From Scyliorhinus canicula (taxonomy: Eukaryota), in NCBI RefSeq assembly GCF_902713615.1, contig NW_024055457.1, forward strand, positions 1 through 64,000: DNA of 64,000 nucleotides, read 5' to 3'. The translations under genes and the position numbers were made by a program. Shown one piece after another: positions 61,546-64,000 of the stretch (positions are counted from its first letter, which is position 1; every line of letters starts with the position of its first letter). Under the pieces are notes generated by a model that had not been told where the DNA came from, searched no databases, and worked only from the letters and a program-made list of their open reading frames with translations.

Positions 61546-63737
61546 TTATGAAGGACCTGCTTTAATTTATCAAGCGCAAAATTGAGAATGTGGAACAACA
61601 TCTTTCAGACCATCTATCCATCCATCCATCAACCACATTCACTGATTCCTCATTTAAAATATTCAGGCATCCAACCAACATCCATCCCTACATAAAAGCA
61701 GTCATCCCTTTATCTTTTGGCAGGTGGTGGTGTAGTATTCATGTTATTGTACCAGTAATCCAAAGGCCCAGTCTAATCCTGTGGGGACTCAGGTACAAAT
61801 CCCACTATTGTCAGTGGTGGAATTTGATATCAATTAATAAATATGGATTACATAATAATGGTGACCATGAAATCCCCTCTGCTTTACCAATGAAGGAAAT
61901 CTGACATCCCTCCCTGGTCTCACCGACATGTGGCTCCAGTCGGACAGCAACATGTCTGACTCTTCAGTTCCTTCTGAGCTGGCCCACTCAGTTCAACAGC
62001 AATTAGGGACAGGGAACACATGGTGGTCTTGCCAGTGAGTCCCACATTCCATGGAAGAATAAAGGGAAAACACATGAATTACGTGTTTATCTATTACAAA
62101 ATGTACCCTCTGTCTGATAGTCTGCTTGTATTTCTATCCATCATCACAATGTTATGAGGTGTGGGAGAGATCCTCCAGCCGGTTAGTGTTGTTAAGAGAG
62201 GCTAGAAAAGCTGGATAACTCTCCTTTCCTTAGAGATGGGAACAGTTCAAATAAATTCGCAATTTAAAACATAAAATGATCTCCAGTACTGTTGCTGGGT
62301 AGATTTGTTTATAAATAGTCCTCATTGACAATGTTAAGAATTTGAAGTTGGCTTGCAGCCAAGCGGTCAGTACTGAGGAAACAGATCTTTGAAAAACAAA
62401 ACCAGATGCTTCCTGCAAACAACATCGAACATTCGAGCCTCCCTGACTGCAGGCGGCTGGATTGCTGCCAAATACAGTGTGGGGCAGATTAGCCTGAATA
62501 TGAATGGACACAATGGGATTGATCCATTCAAACAATAAATGTTTCAGTCTCACATGAAGTAAACGTTTAAAATGGTGATCCATGCAAAGAAATATATTCA
62601 CTGAATGTTTTGTTCACTATGAGATTAAACACAATGGGAAAATAGTTAACTGACCAGATGCTATTTAATTTATATTAGTTCCGAGGAAAGGTCACTCTAG
62701 TTATTAAAGTCCGTTTGTTAAGAGCCTAATGAAGTGAGAGTGAGTGGCGTTGATGGACCCAATCCACAAGTTCAATAAGATGACTTCAATTACAAAAAAT
62801 AAAATAAAATGAATTTAAAGTAAATAAACTGCATTAAACTCGCGGGGATTCCTAGAATATTCTCCGAATTCTTGATCTCCTTGATCTCTTATACCCGATT
62901 AACACCGTGTTCTGTACAGTTTAATTTGTCTGGATTTCAATTGTTTAACAGTCCCTCTCATTGCTGCCAATGAGCGGAGAAATGACCAGTTCATGACCTG
63001 CTTTCGTGGAGAATAAAACATTTATTCCTGTGATATTGTGTAATATGCCGCAAAGTCCTGATATTCTGTGTTCCCAACACCAGTGAATGTTAGACAGCCG
63101 CTGGTCAGTAAAATTAGCGGCAACGATTTGGATGCTAAAGGATAACTTTGCTGATCGCCGCGTCCGTTCTGATTCATTAATTTCTCTGTCAAAAGCTGGT
63201 CTGAATTTTATGTTTCTCTGTCAACTCACTGCTGAATTATCAGGCAAGCGGCTTCTTTTACCGCTAATGTTCACAGGACTGTCTGAGGCTCAGGGGCAAA
63301 TCGAGAAATGTAAAGAGAGACATTGTATAATGTGAGGAGTTTCTTCTTGTCGACAGACCCACATTGTACAGTGATGGCCATCCGCTCTGCAAATGTAATC
63401 ACGTCATTCATTCCCTCATTTAGTTACATTTCGTCTGATAAATTATACTTTGCTGTTGTAATTGGATAGACAGACGATTTATACCCTGATAAATGTAATT
63501 TATTCTGTTTATGTTCATCCCTTTATATTGGAGTGCAGAAATAAAGAGACTTAATGTATAATGGAATTAGATTTTACTCAGAGATGCTCAAATATAATTT
63601 TCCATTCGGATGAGGATAGACATTACAATGAATCCATTCAGCCAAACAAATATTCCGACCTAATGTCACTTTTTAATAATAACCTATAGTAAATATCTGA
63701 GTCCATTCTGTTGGGGGTGTGGAAGGTGGGACGTGGA

Positions 63738-63781
63738 TCCAGGCGCCGCCTCCACCAGGGAATCAACAGGCGGCGCCTGGA
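63738..63781. repeat. Perfect 14-bp inverted repeat with a 16-nt spacer upstream of the TATA box
   Basis: TCCAGGCGCCGCCT (63738-63751) and AGGCGGCGCCTGGA (63768-63781). Confidence 0.9.
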
Positions 63782-63802
63782 AAGCCGCCCCCTTCTGCCG
63801 GG

Positions 63803-63810
63803 TATTTAAA
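63803..63810 (+). promoter_or_regulatory. TATA-like box TATTTAAA
   Basis: ~80 bp upstream of the leader ATG at 63890. Confidence 0.6.
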
Positions 63811-63889
63811 TGCCGCTCACTGGGACCCGAATCCAACAGTCCGGGAGCTGGTTTGTTCACTGAGTTCCTGACACAACCATTTCCCCCAA

Positions 63890-63947
63890 ATGACCAGAAG
63901 GATGAGGTGGGCCATTTCTCTCAGTTTGTTGCTGACTTTCTTATCCC
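63890..63947 (+). CDS. IGHV: Leader exon of an antigen-receptor V gene, resembling a shark IgH V leader; the V exon lies beyond the window
   Basis: (MTRR)MRWAISLSLLLTFLS followed by a phase-1 donor C|GTGAGT. It is 46 nt from the second ATG (63902). The ISLSLLL pattern resembles shark VH leaders as I recall them, not the TCR leaders in this window. Confidence 0.6.
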
Positions 63948-64000
63948 GTGAGTAGTTTTTATTGTCCAAGTCTCTCACTGTTACTGTCTCAGTGTTAGTC

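Noticed and set aside
63030-63110. Minus-strand SGCLTFTGV...QDFAAYY resembling V FR3
   Set aside because: There is no terminal Cys, the spacing is wrong, and there is no upstream Trp/Cys or RSS.

Overview
Vertebrate genomic DNA, most likely from a cartilaginous fish (shark). This is inferred from HE1-like SINEs, CR1-type LINEs, Penelope-like elements and the V-gene style. Bases ~2.8-24 kb are a dense T-cell receptor alpha/delta-type V segment cluster of about 13 V genes or remnants in both orientations. Two look fully intact (14343-15034 and 19857-20306, both minus). Three carry one inactivating lesion each (2822-3153, 8851-9354, 11359-11854). The rest are decayed or truncated. Most V ends carry 22/23-bp-spacer RSSs. 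The V promoters share a TCR-type decamer, E-box and CCAAT motifs, and CTCF consensus sites, and several genes form repeated head-to-head pairs. Bases 24-63 kb are repeat-rich with no recognisable V gene. They hold CR1 fragments, SINEs, Penelope elements carrying minimal hammerhead ribozymes, a TIR-bounded element, an ~6 kb tandem segmental duplication, a 380-N gap and a housekeeping-type promoter motif cluster. The last ~250 bp contain a TATA box and a leader exon resembling a shark immunoglobulin heavy-chain V leader, which suggests an Ig-type V segment next to the TCR V cluster. I found no D, J or C segments. A 35-bp satellite fills bases 1-2600.
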